A DNA stretch of 64,000 nt from Bacilli bacterium. GTDB lineage: Bacteria > Bacillota_I > Bacilli_A > RF39 > UBA660. This document shows, in pieces, positions 17,747 to 26,689 of this stretch. The notes under the pieces were generated by a model. That model was not told the DNA's origin, searched no databases, and was given only the letters and a program-made list of their open reading frames with translations. The stretch lies in contig JAFXZI010000014.1 of the NCBI GenBank assembly GCA_017541325.1, forward strand, positions 45,741 to 109,740. The letters run 5' to 3'. The position numbers and the translations under genes are program-made. Numbering within the stretch: the first letter of the stretch is position 1; each line of letters opens with the position of its first letter.

Positions 17747-18898
17747 TTAAATATCATGAATATTTATTGTAGTATCCTCTTCTGTATCTTTTCTAAATAT
17801 ATCTTCTTTTCTTAACCTATAATTACTAATTATTAACTGCTCTATATTTCTATCTAAAGTTATATAATCTTCTCTATGAAGGGTATTTATTACAAGTCCC
17901 CATATATTAGCTTCTTTAATTGGTTTTGTTTTTAAAGAAAGACTATATATTCCTAAAAGATCCATATTAAATAATTCTTCTAAAGTTCTTTTATCAATAT
18001 CTTTTATTTTTCTTAAAACAAAATCATAACTAGAAGATACAAAATGTTCAAATGCTCCTAGTAATTTATCTTTACCACCAATAGTATTTAATAACTGATT
18101 AATAGTTAAAGCAAAGAAATTATAATTTATCTTTCTAAAAGCTTCATTTTTATATAAAGATTTAGGTAATGAATCACTAGCTGGATCAAAGAAATAAAAT
18201 CCATCTGCTTCATATTTAGAATCTTCTATATAAATTACAGAAACATATTCAGTATCATCTCTTTTAATTGGAACAATATAAACAGGAATATTTAATCTAG
18301 ATAATATTTCTTTAAATAGATTATTAAATCCTAAAGAATTAGTTTTTCTAGTTCTAACTATATCTGGTAATCTATCACTACTAGTTCTATCTAAATCAAG
18401 TAATTTAACAAAATCATATACTTCCTTTACCTTTTCTAGAGGTGACATTTTCTTATCAATAGATAATATTACTATATTAATATATTCCTCCATCATTCTA
18501 TAATTTGGAAGAGTTGTTATTTGATAAGTACCATCTTTATAACTATAAGAAAATTTCCAAGAATCAGGATTTTCATAAGGAAAAGATAATAATTCCTTAA
18601 CTTCATCCGGATTATTATCTCTTAAAACTAATTTTTCGACACTACTATCAGTAATCATAGGAGATAATTCTAAAACATGTTTAATTGTTTCTATATCTCT
18701 AACTTGAACCTGATCTCTAAAAGTAACTTGCGCTACTGTATTTATAGAAAATAGCATTTTCTTTACTTCTTCTAAAGTGTCAGCAGTTATAGGGGTGCTG
18801 AAGTCTAGATTGGTAATTCCAATGTATTTTAGTAGTTCTTCATCAATTGTCCCTAAATCGGATTCGAAACCATTTTCCAACTCAAAACACCCTCTCAT
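17747..18898 (-). CDS. hypothetical protein, possibly a degenerate transglutaminase-like fold
   Basis: 383 aa. The segment RKTNSLGFNNLFKEILSRLNIPVYIVPIK...GFYFFDPASD has the layout of a transglutaminase-like core, but with Ser in place of the nucleophile Cys and no obvious His. No SD; it starts 10 nt after the ddl stop. Confidence 0.5.
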   Translation of the reverse strand: MRGCFELENGFESDLGTIDEELLKYIGITNLDFSTPITADTLEEVKKMLFSINTVAQVTFRDQVQVRDIETIKHVLELSPMITDSSVEKLVLRDNNPDEVKELLSFPYENPDSWKFSYSYKDGTYQITTLPNYRMMEEYINIVILSIDKKMSPLEKVKEVYDFVKLLDLDRTSSDRLPDIVRTRKTNSLGFNNLFKEILSRLNIPVYIVPIKRDDTEYVSVIYIEDSKYEADGFYFFDPASDSLPKSLYKNEAFRKINYNFFALTINQLLNTIGGKDKLLGAFEHFVSSSYDFVLRKIKDIDKRTLEELFNMDLLGIYSLSLKTKPIKEANIWGLVINTLHREDYITLDRNIEQLIISNYRLRKEDIFRKDTEEDTTINIHDI

Positions 18899-18908
18899 AA
18901 TTATTGTT

Positions 18909-20099
18909 TTACTTTAAATTTTTAACCCCTTTAGTACCTTTAGCACCTTTTAATCCACTAAATCCACTTAAAATATTAGTATCAAATGAATTTATTTTAC
19001 CAGTTTTCTTTTTATAATCTTTAACACCTATGTTAATTAATTCATCAAGAAGTTCAGTATAATTCTTTCCAGCTGGTTCCCATAAATAGAAAGCTAAACT
19101 TCCAGGAATTGTATTAACTTCATTAATATATACTTTTTTCTTTTTATTATCGATTAAGAAATCTATTCTTACATCTCCACTTAGGTTAAGAGCTTTGCTT
19201 GCTTTAACAGCAATGTCTCTAACTTCACTAGATAATTTTTCTGATATATCAGCAGGAATCTTACGAGTAGCAGAAAGCATTCCTTTACTTCCACTACCTT
19301 TCTTTCCACCAACATATTTATCTTCATAAGTAAGAAGTTCATTACCAGTTAATACTCTTTCAATTACACTAGTATCATATCCATCAGGATTTCCTACAAC
19401 ACTAATATTAACTTCGCAAAGATTTTTAATTACTTCTTCTACAACAATCTTACTATCATATGTAATAGCTTCTTCTACTGCTTTTTGTAATTCTTCACGA
19501 TTACTTGCAATATTTATACCTACAGAACTACCTAAAGTAGCTGGTTTAACTATTACTGGATATTTTATTTGTTCTATCATCTTTAAAACCTTTTCAGGAT
19601 TATCTTCATATTCAGAATCAAAGAACCATACATATTCAGGAATTGGTAATCCTTCACTACCCCAAATTTGTTTTTGGAATACTTTATCTTGTCCAATAGC
19701 AGCTCCTGCAATGTCACTTCCTACATATGGAATACCAATTGTTTTTAAATATCCTTGTAAAACTCCATCTTCAACATTAGTACCATGAACAATTGGAAAA
19801 GCAATATCTATTTCTTTAACTACTTTTCTAAATCCTTTCTTACTTTGAAGAACAAATGAACCATACTTATTACGATATAGTACTACATTTTTACCATACT
19901 TTCTAAGTAGACTCATATCTTGGAATGTTTCTATTTCATTTAAGAAGCTTCCTGTATACCATTCTCCATTTTTATCTATATAAATAGGTACTATTTCATA
20001 TTTCTCAGCATCCATTTTATTCATAGCTTGAATAGCTGAAATAATACTTACTTCGTGTTCAACACTTTCTCCACCAAATATAACTCCTACTTTTATCAT
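18909..20099 (-). CDS. ddl: D-alanine--D-alanine ligase (long form)
   Basis: 396 aa ATP-grasp protein with MIKVGVIFGGESVEHEVSIISA, PYVGS and INEVNTIPG. The omega-loop EDKY Tyr is retained, followed by a Gly/Lys-rich insertion. Confidence 0.88.
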   Translation of the reverse strand: MIKVGVIFGGESVEHEVSIISAIQAMNKMDAEKYEIVPIYIDKNGEWYTGSFLNEIETFQDMSLLRKYGKNVVLYRNKYGSFVLQSKKGFRKVVKEIDIAFPIVHGTNVEDGVLQGYLKTIGIPYVGSDIAGAAIGQDKVFQKQIWGSEGLPIPEYVWFFDSEYEDNPEKVLKMIEQIKYPVIVKPATLGSSVGINIASNREELQKAVEEAITYDSKIVVEEVIKNLCEVNISVVGNPDGYDTSVIERVLTGNELLTYEDKYVGGKKGSGSKGMLSATRKIPADISEKLSSEVRDIAVKASKALNLSGDVRIDFLIDNKKKKVYINEVNTIPGSLAFYLWEPAGKNYTELLDELINIGVKDYKKKTGKINSFDTNILSGFSGLKGAKGTKGVKNLK

Positions 20100-20111
20100 A
20101 AAAAATCCTCC

Positions 20112-21752
20112 TTATTTTTCGTTATATGTATCAGGTAAATCATTTTCAAATAATGCATATATTTTTTTCTTAGTTTTCATACTATTAAGTATCATATAAG
20201 CTTTAGTAACATCATTTATTATTTCAATATCTGATTCTTTAAAACCTTTTTCTTTTAATCCTTCAAGTATAGGTTTTGTTTGTTTTTCTCCAACTAGTAT
20301 TACATGATCTGCAACTTCTGCTATATCCTTACCAAATTCTTTATTATAGTATTCTTCTTTATCTCCTAATTCTATCATTCCAGGAGTAACAACTACTTTA
20401 TATCCATCCATCATATTAAGGACTTCTAAAGCTCTTTTTGATCCTTCTGGATTAGAATTATATGCATCATCTATAAATACAAATTTTGGAAAATTCTTCA
20501 TACTTAAACGATGTTCAATTGGTTTTAATCTACCAACTGCTCTTTGTAAATGTTCTACATTGATTCCAAGTTCATAACCTAATGCTAAACAAGAAATAAT
20601 ATTATAAACATTATGCTTTCCAAGAAGTCTTGTTTTAAACTCATATTTCTTTTTATCACCTTTAAATTCTACTGTAAATGTTGTTCCTTCATGATTAACT
20701 TTAATCTTACTAGCACGTACATCAACATCATCTTTAGTATCTATTCCTACCCAAAGTAGTTTACAATGATTTTTATTTTTAAATTTATAATTCTTTTGTT
20801 TTTCATCATCTCTATTTAAAACTCCAACTCCATCTTCTGGTAGATATTCAATTAATTCCATCTTTCCTGATTGAATATTTTCTTCACTACCAAATGTTTC
20901 TAAATGAGCTGTACCAATCTTTGTAATTATTCCATATTTAGGATTTACTAGTTTACATAGTCCATTTATTTCACCTTTAACATAAGCACCCATTTCTGCA
21001 ATAAATACTTCATCAAATTTAGATAATGAATTATTTACTGTTATCATAAGTCCATTAAAAGTATTTAGACTTTTTGGAGTAGCTAGTACATTATATTTTT
21101 CACTTAAAATCTCATTTAAAAAGTTCTTAGTACTAGTTTTTCCATAACTTCCAGTTATTCCAACTACTTTTAAATTTTCCATACTAGCTAGTTTTCTTTT
21201 AGCTTTTTTTTCAAAATGTCTATATACAAAATACTCTATTGGTTTATTAATTAAATAAGCAATATATACTACATAATAATTTAGTACTGACATAACAGAT
21301 AATAATATTATAGAATCACATAAACGTGGAAAATCTATTTTAGTATCTACTAAGATAAATTGTACTGTAATACCTAAAGCACAAACAATAAGATGTAATA
21401 ATATTAAAGTAGCTATAAGTCTTTTAATTCTTGCAGTATATACTAATGGTTTCTTATTTTTTTCCTTCTTTTTCTTTTTTTCTTTTAATAGACAATATCC
21501 ATATAAAATAATAATTAAAGCAAGGAAATAGTAAGAAATTAAAGTATCAACACATAAAGCAAATAAAGAAACGAAGATGATTCCATATATATCTATGTTG
21601 GTAAACATTTCTTTTTTATTCTTCCATACCCATTTTAAGTATCTATTGTTCTCATTATATAGATTTTGCTGAAGCATATGTAATGCCCTTCTAGTTTTTA
21701 ACATTGAATAGATAAAAACTATTGCCATTGTCACATAAATTCTAATTAACAT
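20112..21752 (-). CDS. murF: MurF-type Mur ligase (UDP-MurNAc-tripeptide--D-Ala-D-Ala ligase) with an N-terminal polytopic membrane domain
   Basis: 546 aa. Residues 1-~185 form four or more hydrophobic helices. These are followed by the P-loop GITGSYGKTSTK and the MurF C-terminal motif IDDAYNSNPEGSKRAL...PGMIELG. AGGAGG RBS at the first ATG; ddl is adjacent. Confidence 0.8.
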   Translation of the reverse strand: MLIRIYVTMAIVFIYSMLKTRRALHMLQQNLYNENNRYLKWVWKNKKEMFTNIDIYGIIFVSLFALCVDTLISYYFLALIIILYGYCLLKEKKKKKEKNKKPLVYTARIKRLIATLILLHLIVCALGITVQFILVDTKIDFPRLCDSIILLSVMSVLNYYVVYIAYLINKPIEYFVYRHFEKKAKRKLASMENLKVVGITGSYGKTSTKNFLNEILSEKYNVLATPKSLNTFNGLMITVNNSLSKFDEVFIAEMGAYVKGEINGLCKLVNPKYGIITKIGTAHLETFGSEENIQSGKMELIEYLPEDGVGVLNRDDEKQKNYKFKNKNHCKLLWVGIDTKDDVDVRASKIKVNHEGTTFTVEFKGDKKKYEFKTRLLGKHNVYNIISCLALGYELGINVEHLQRAVGRLKPIEHRLSMKNFPKFVFIDDAYNSNPEGSKRALEVLNMMDGYKVVVTPGMIELGDKEEYYNKEFGKDIAEVADHVILVGEKQTKPILEGLKEKGFKESDIEIINDVTKAYMILNSMKTKKKIYALFENDLPDTYNEK

Positions 21753-21761
21753 AAGTACCTC

Positions 21762-22490
21762 CTATACAAATTCATTAATTATATTAGTAACTTGATTTAA
21801 GTTTTCTAAATAAGCATAATGTGTTGAGTTAGGTAGAATTATTAAAGCAGCATCTTTAAATAATTTTTCTGTTTCTTTAGCTTCTTCTATACTAACTTCA
21901 GTATCATTATCTCCCCAAATTAAAAGTGTTGATGCAGAGACCTTTTTAGCACAATCTGATAAGTCTTCATTAACTGTCTTAACAAGAATATCTCTCATCA
22001 TTGGACTTGCAGCTTTATAATCTCTACTTCCAATATGACGTTTTGCAAATCCTTCTAATTTATTTAATCCTGGAACCTTTTTAAGTTTCTTTAAGATTCT
22101 AACTTTTAAACTAAGTTTCTTTTCTTTACGAATACAAGGACTTCCAAAAAGAATTAATTTATCTACATCATTACGTGATGCATAAACTATACTAATCCTT
22201 CCTCCAAATGAATGACCTATCATCGTAGGATTTTTTACTTTTAACTCGTTTAATAATTTTTCTACAACCTCATTGTAATCATAAATATTCATTACTTCTT
22301 TAGGTTCATCAGATCCTCCAAATCCAGGAAGATCAATTATTATTATGTGATATTTATCTTGTAGTCTATCAGCAAGAGGTCTCATCATTTCTATATTTTG
22401 TCCCCAACCATGTAAGAATACTAATGTCTTACCTTTTTTATTACCATATTCTTTATAATTTATGTCTATATCATTAATATTAAGTTTCAT
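21762..22490 (-). CDS. alpha/beta-fold hydrolase
   Basis: HGWGQN oxyanion region and the nucleophile elbow GHSFGG. I place the start at ATG 22490 (GGGTG RBS), because the ORF-track N-terminal extension overlaps a terminator. Confidence 0.8.
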   Translation of the reverse strand: MKLNINDIDINYKEYGNKKGKTLVFLHGWGQNIEMMRPLADRLQDKYHIIIIDLPGFGGSDEPKEVMNIYDYNEVVEKLLNELKVKNPTMIGHSFGGRISIVYASRNDVDKLILFGSPCIRKEKKLSLKVRILKKLKKVPGLNKLEGFAKRHIGSRDYKAASPMMRDILVKTVNEDLSDCAKKVSASTLLIWGDNDTEVSIEEAKETEKLFKDAALIILPNSTHYAYLENLNQVTNIINEFV

Positions 22491-22513
22491 ATTTACACCC
22501 AATATAATTATAA

Positions 22514-22542
22514 ACAAAAAAAGGTTTAAATACAAACCTTTT
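22514..22542 (-). terminator. rho-independent terminator after yqeH
   Basis: Stem aaggttt/aaacctt (22521-22527/22534-22540) followed by a 7-nt T-run on the minus strand. Confidence 0.7.
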
Positions 22543-22550
22543 GACTAAAT

Positions 22551-23552
22551 TTAGATTAAAGAATCTCTTATAAATTCTGAAACATTTAAATCTATATATA
22601 AATCTATTTTTGCTTTAGATACTATTTTAATAAAACCAAGTCCTGGAATTACTAAATCTTCTCTATAATTTATATCCAAAGTTTTCTTAGATAAATCCTT
22701 TAATAAAGTAGATTTATACATATTATATCTTTTTACTTTAATATCATTAGATAAATATAAAGTAAAACTATTTTTAGCACCTTCTACATAATCTATTCTA
22801 AGAAGGTCTCCTATTACAAGACATTGACCAACTTTAATTTGATATGTTTTAGGTTTAATCTCTTTCTTAGGATTAATTTTCTTAAGTAAAGAATTATCTA
22901 CATAATTAATAATATTACCTCTATCAACAAGTCCTGGGGTATCTATTAAAATTAAATCATCACTCATCTTTATACTTATTTTATTTAAAGTAGTAGATGG
23001 CATTGGAGATATAGTTAATTCTCCTTCATATTCAGAATAATTCTTCATAAGTTTATTAATTAAACTACTCTTACCAACATTAGTATTACCTACTACATAT
23101 ACATTTTTACTAGTTTTATATTTCTTTATCATAGATAATAATTCATCTATATTATAATTTTTCAAAGTACTAATAATAATTATATCTTCAAAATCTAAAT
23201 CTAAATTTTTTAAATAAGAAATAATTTTTTCATCTTTAATACTTTTAGGAAGAACATCTCTTTTATTAAGTACCAATATCATTTTATTATTAATATATTT
23301 TCTTATTTCTTTTAAATCTTTTCCTATATTTAAAATATCAACTATATATAAAACTAAATCTTTAGTATTATTAACATCTTCTAATATTTTAATATATTCA
23401 TCATTTGATTTAGTAACGATTTGATATTCACCATAGTTCTTCATGCGGAAGCATCTATTACATATATCATTTTCTAGATTTGAAGTATATCCTTCTAAAG
23501 TAACATTTTCATCTTGTAATTCTACTCCACATCCTAAACATTTCTTACTCAT
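22551..23552 (-). CDS. yqeH: ribosome-biogenesis GTPase YqeH (circularly permuted GTPase with N-terminal zinc finger)
   Basis: CLGCG...CNRCF zinc finger. NKRD (G4) precedes GNTNVGKSS (G1) and DTPG (G3). Confidence 0.85.
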   Translation of the reverse strand: MSKKCLGCGVELQDENVTLEGYTSNLENDICNRCFRMKNYGEYQIVTKSNDEYIKILEDVNNTKDLVLYIVDILNIGKDLKEIRKYINNKMILVLNKRDVLPKSIKDEKIISYLKNLDLDFEDIIIISTLKNYNIDELLSMIKKYKTSKNVYVVGNTNVGKSSLINKLMKNYSEYEGELTISPMPSTTLNKISIKMSDDLILIDTPGLVDRGNIINYVDNSLLKKINPKKEIKPKTYQIKVGQCLVIGDLLRIDYVEGAKNSFTLYLSNDIKVKRYNMYKSTLLKDLSKKTLDINYREDLVIPGLGFIKIVSKAKIDLYIDLNVSEFIRDSLI

Positions 23553-24063
23553 AGTATTTTCCTCTTTCTAAGATTCCTTTCTTTGATAGATGATTAATTA
23601 TTCTATTTTCAATAAAACGATTAACAAAAGTAACTTTTAAATCCTTCTTACCTAAAGGATCTACTAAAATAGTAAAGCACTTATATCTATTACCTCCAAA
23701 GATATCTGTCATTAATTGATCTCCAATAACACACATTTCAGATTTTTTATAATTTCTTTTTCTTTTAATTTGACGGAAACCTTTAGATAATGGTTTTAAG
23801 GCAAAAGATACAAACTCTGCATTAAATGGCTTACAGAATTTTTCAATTCTATCACGATTATTATTAGATACGATATATATATCAAAATCTTTAGATAACT
23901 TACCTATAAAATCTAATACTTTTTTAGGTGGTAAGCCTTCTGATATAAGAGCCAAAGTGTTATCTAAATCAAATAGAAGTGCTCTAATTCCTTCATTTCT
24001 TAATTTTTTATAATCGATATCATATATAGATTTGTAATACCTATTAGGAATAAATACTTTCAT
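23545..24063 (-). CDS. yqeG: YqeG-family HAD phosphatase
   Basis: 172 aa. FDLDNTL HAD motif I and GDQLMTDI motif. 8-nt overlap with yqeH. Confidence 0.85.
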   Translation of the reverse strand: MKVFIPNRYYKSIYDIDYKKLRNEGIRALLFDLDNTLALISEGLPPKKVLDFIGKLSKDFDIYIVSNNNRDRIEKFCKPFNAEFVSFALKPLSKGFRQIKRKRNYKKSEMCVIGDQLMTDIFGGNRYKCFTILVDPLGKKDLKVTFVNRFIENRIINHLSKKGILERGKYYE

Positions 24064-24127
24064 AAAGTCCTCCCTTTAGCAAAAAAATGATAAATAGATA
24101 AAATCTAAGTATCATTTTTTCTATTTA

Positions 24128-25699
24128 TTATAAATTAAGTTCTTTAGTTGTCAACTCTTTAGTTGCTTCAAGTTCAGGATCAGGATCTGGTTCTACTGGC
24201 GGTTCACCATTTCTTCTTCTTTCCCTTCTTGGCTCTACGATTAATTGTTTTTCTTCTTTTTTCTTTTCTACTTTTTCTTCTATTATTTTATCTTCTTTAG
24301 GATTCTTTTCTTCTTTTTTTCTTTTTATCCATAATACAAGTATTACTATTAAAATAGCAAATATTAAGAATAATTCTAATAATAAGAAGAAACTAACTCT
24401 TTTATCTTTTTCAATAACGATTGTATATTTACTAGACTCTCCATCAATTCCTGTAATAGTTATCTCTATTTCATCCCCAACTTTTAAGTCTTTTATTAAT
24501 TCTTTATTATTATTAATATCAGGATTCATAGTAACTGTTACTTCATCTTCCGGACTTACTGTTGTGTAATAAATTTTTAAATCTTCAAATTTCAATCTAT
24601 TATAATTTATCTTATATTGATAATTATTTTTATCAAAACTTATATCATATCCTTTTATAGATAATGATTTTAACATCTTACTAATACTTTTATCTAGATT
24701 GTTAACTATTACTGTATATGTAGCTTTTTCTCCTTTTTCAGAAGTAACTATAATTTTAAATTCATTATCTCCAACAAGTAATTTTTGTGGACCAGTAACT
24801 TCTGCTTTAGCATTAGGATCATTTGTTATCGCTTCTATTTTAACAGTCTCTGCTTTATATTTCTTAATAGTATATTTATATTTATTGGATTTAAATTCTT
24901 CAAGAGCAGTACCATCTATTGTAATTCCTGATAAAGTTGCATCAGTACTTCTTGTATCTTCTCTAGTAATATTAAGAGTATATATTTGTTCAGTACCACT
25001 TTCAGATACAACATTTAATTTAATTGTATTATTTCCATATTCCAAATTAACTGTTCTAGGTCCTAAACCATTTTTAAATGATGCTTTAGAAGATGTAGTT
25101 GTTGCTTCTATCTTAGCATTTGCAATATCACCTGTAACACTAACATCATAAGTTAAATTTTCAGAATGAAATTTTTCTACACTCACACCATTTATTTTAA
25201 TACCAGATAAACTAGCATCACTTGATTTGATGCTGATGGTTTTAGTGATTTTAGTACCCAGTTGTGTCACATCTCCAGCAGCATTTGTTATTTGTGTTGT
25301 ATTAAATGTTAGATTTGCACTATTTGCAGTTGGTTTTGATGTTACTTTGAAAACTAGCCTTCCAACTTCATTAGAGCAATTACCGGTTTTACAATTAAAT
25401 ACTACATCTTTACCAGAAATCCCGGGTTCTGATTGATTTTCCCAATTCCCAGATTGTTTAATAGCTTTAAAAGTAAACACCTTAGAATCATAACTAATTT
25501 GGGTAGTAAATGTAGTACCAGTCGTTGCTTGTATCCCATTAACATAAATTATATATTCAAATTCTTCAGATGGAGATACTGCAGTCGGACCAGTTATATT
25601 AACTTGAGGTTGACTTTGTGCATAAGCAAAAATAGGCATAAAAAATGCTAATATGCTTACTAGAATCCCCTTTACTTTCATCTTTTTTATTCTATTCAT
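24128..25699 (-). CDS. cell-surface protein: signal peptide, Ig/cohesin-like domain, three cadherin-like beta-sandwich repeats, C-terminal TM anchor
   Basis: 523 aa. Signal peptide ends ...FMPIFAYA. Repeats begin DASLSGIKINGVSVEKF, DATLSGITIDGTALEEF and LKSLSIKGYDISFDKNNYQY. TM segment FFLLLELFLIFAILIVILVLWI is followed by a charged tail. Confidence 0.7.
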   Translation of the reverse strand: MNRIKKMKVKGILVSILAFFMPIFAYAQSQPQVNITGPTAVSPSEEFEYIIYVNGIQATTGTTFTTQISYDSKVFTFKAIKQSGNWENQSEPGISGKDVVFNCKTGNCSNEVGRLVFKVTSKPTANSANLTFNTTQITNAAGDVTQLGTKITKTISIKSSDASLSGIKINGVSVEKFHSENLTYDVSVTGDIANAKIEATTTSSKASFKNGLGPRTVNLEYGNNTIKLNVVSESGTEQIYTLNITREDTRSTDATLSGITIDGTALEEFKSNKYKYTIKKYKAETVKIEAITNDPNAKAEVTGPQKLLVGDNEFKIIVTSEKGEKATYTVIVNNLDKSISKMLKSLSIKGYDISFDKNNYQYKINYNRLKFEDLKIYYTTVSPEDEVTVTMNPDINNNKELIKDLKVGDEIEITITGIDGESSKYTIVIEKDKRVSFFLLLELFLIFAILIVILVLWIKRKKEEKNPKEDKIIEEKVEKKKEEKQLIVEPRRERRRNGEPPVEPDPDPELEATKELTTKELNL

Positions 25700-25787
25700 A
25701 AATATAACTCCTTCGTTATAAGAAACTTCTTATTATTAATAATATTATATGATTATTTTTCTTATTTGTCTATAAAACAGATGTTCT

Positions 25788-26636
25788 TTATTTTAAGTAT
25801 TTTTTGATATCTTTTAATCTAGACTTTGTATCACTTACTCCTAAGTCATATTGTTCTTGCATAATATTAGGATCTTTTTCTACTCTACTAATTTTAACAA
25901 GTCTTGTAGGTTTAATTACTAATATACGTCCTTCATCTTCTAATCTATTCATTTCCATTAAAGTATTATTATACATTTTATCTCGATTAATAAACGCTTC
26001 AGCAAACTTAGGATATTTTCTATACATTACTTTAGCATAAGGTCTTCTTTTATGTTTCATACGATAACTATCAACTCTAGTAGTTACTACTATTACTTTT
26101 TCATATCCCATTTCAATTGCTTTTAAAACAGGAATAGAATCTCCTATTGCACCATCTAAATATAAATCATTTCCTATTTTAACTGGTTTTGATAAGCATG
26201 GCATAGATCCACTTGCACGTAGTTTTTCCATATCTTCTTCTTTTCTCATATCTTTTACTAATTTATATTCAGCTTTACCAGTCTTTAAATTTGTTACTAC
26301 AGCATAAAAGTCTACTTTAGAATTTTTAAAAGTATCATAATCAAAAGGATCAAGTTCATTTACTAAAGTATCAAAACAAAATTCTTTATTCATTATATTT
26401 CCTGTTGTAATAAGAGAATGAAATCCCATATATCTCTTATCAGCTCCATATTTTTGATTATAACGAAGTGCTCTTCCTTTTTGTTTTGAACAATAATTAA
26501 CTCCAAATAAAGCTCCAGCAGATACTCCAATAATACAATCAACCTTGATATTTTCTTCCATTAAAACATCTAGTACTCCTGCACTATATATACCTCTTAA
26601 TCCTCCACCTTCTAATACTAAAGCAGTCTTTTTCAT
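25788..26636 (-). CDS. patatin-like phospholipase
   Basis: GGGLRG oxyanion motif, GVSAG nucleophile (GxSxG) and DGA catalytic Asp motif. Confidence 0.85.
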   Translation of the reverse strand: MKKTALVLEGGGLRGIYSAGVLDVLMEENIKVDCIIGVSAGALFGVNYCSKQKGRALRYNQKYGADKRYMGFHSLITTGNIMNKEFCFDTLVNELDPFDYDTFKNSKVDFYAVVTNLKTGKAEYKLVKDMRKEEDMEKLRASGSMPCLSKPVKIGNDLYLDGAIGDSIPVLKAIEMGYEKVIVVTTRVDSYRMKHKRRPYAKVMYRKYPKFAEAFINRDKMYNNTLMEMNRLEDEGRILVIKPTRLVKISRVEKDPNIMQEQYDLGVSDTKSRLKDIKKYLK

Positions 26637-26656
26637 AACATCACCTATTTCATTAT

Positions 26657-26689
26657 AACAAAAAAGACAACTTATTTTAAGTTGTCTTT
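26657..26689 (-). terminator. rho-independent terminator after proS (overlaps the stop)
   Basis: 11-bp stem 26664-26674/26678-26688 (aagacaactta/taagttgtctt) with a T-run on the minus strand. Confidence 0.75.

Noticed and set aside
24699-25651. Plus-strand ORFs of 60-150 aa nested antisense inside minus-strand genes. Examples: 554-751, 1234-1494, 3977-4205, 5819-6037, 12143-12325, 13734-13925, 24699-25151, 25227-25651, 25804-26040, 26682-26873, 34425-34721, 35218-35535, 36414-36983, 39264-39557, 43180-43784, 45805-46171, 46666-47028, 50859-51151.
   Set aside because: Each lies entirely within a longer, motif-supported gene on the other strand and lacks an RBS. Their low-complexity Leu/Ile/Phe/Ser-rich translations are what an AT-rich antisense strand is expected to give. 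I treat them as spurious.
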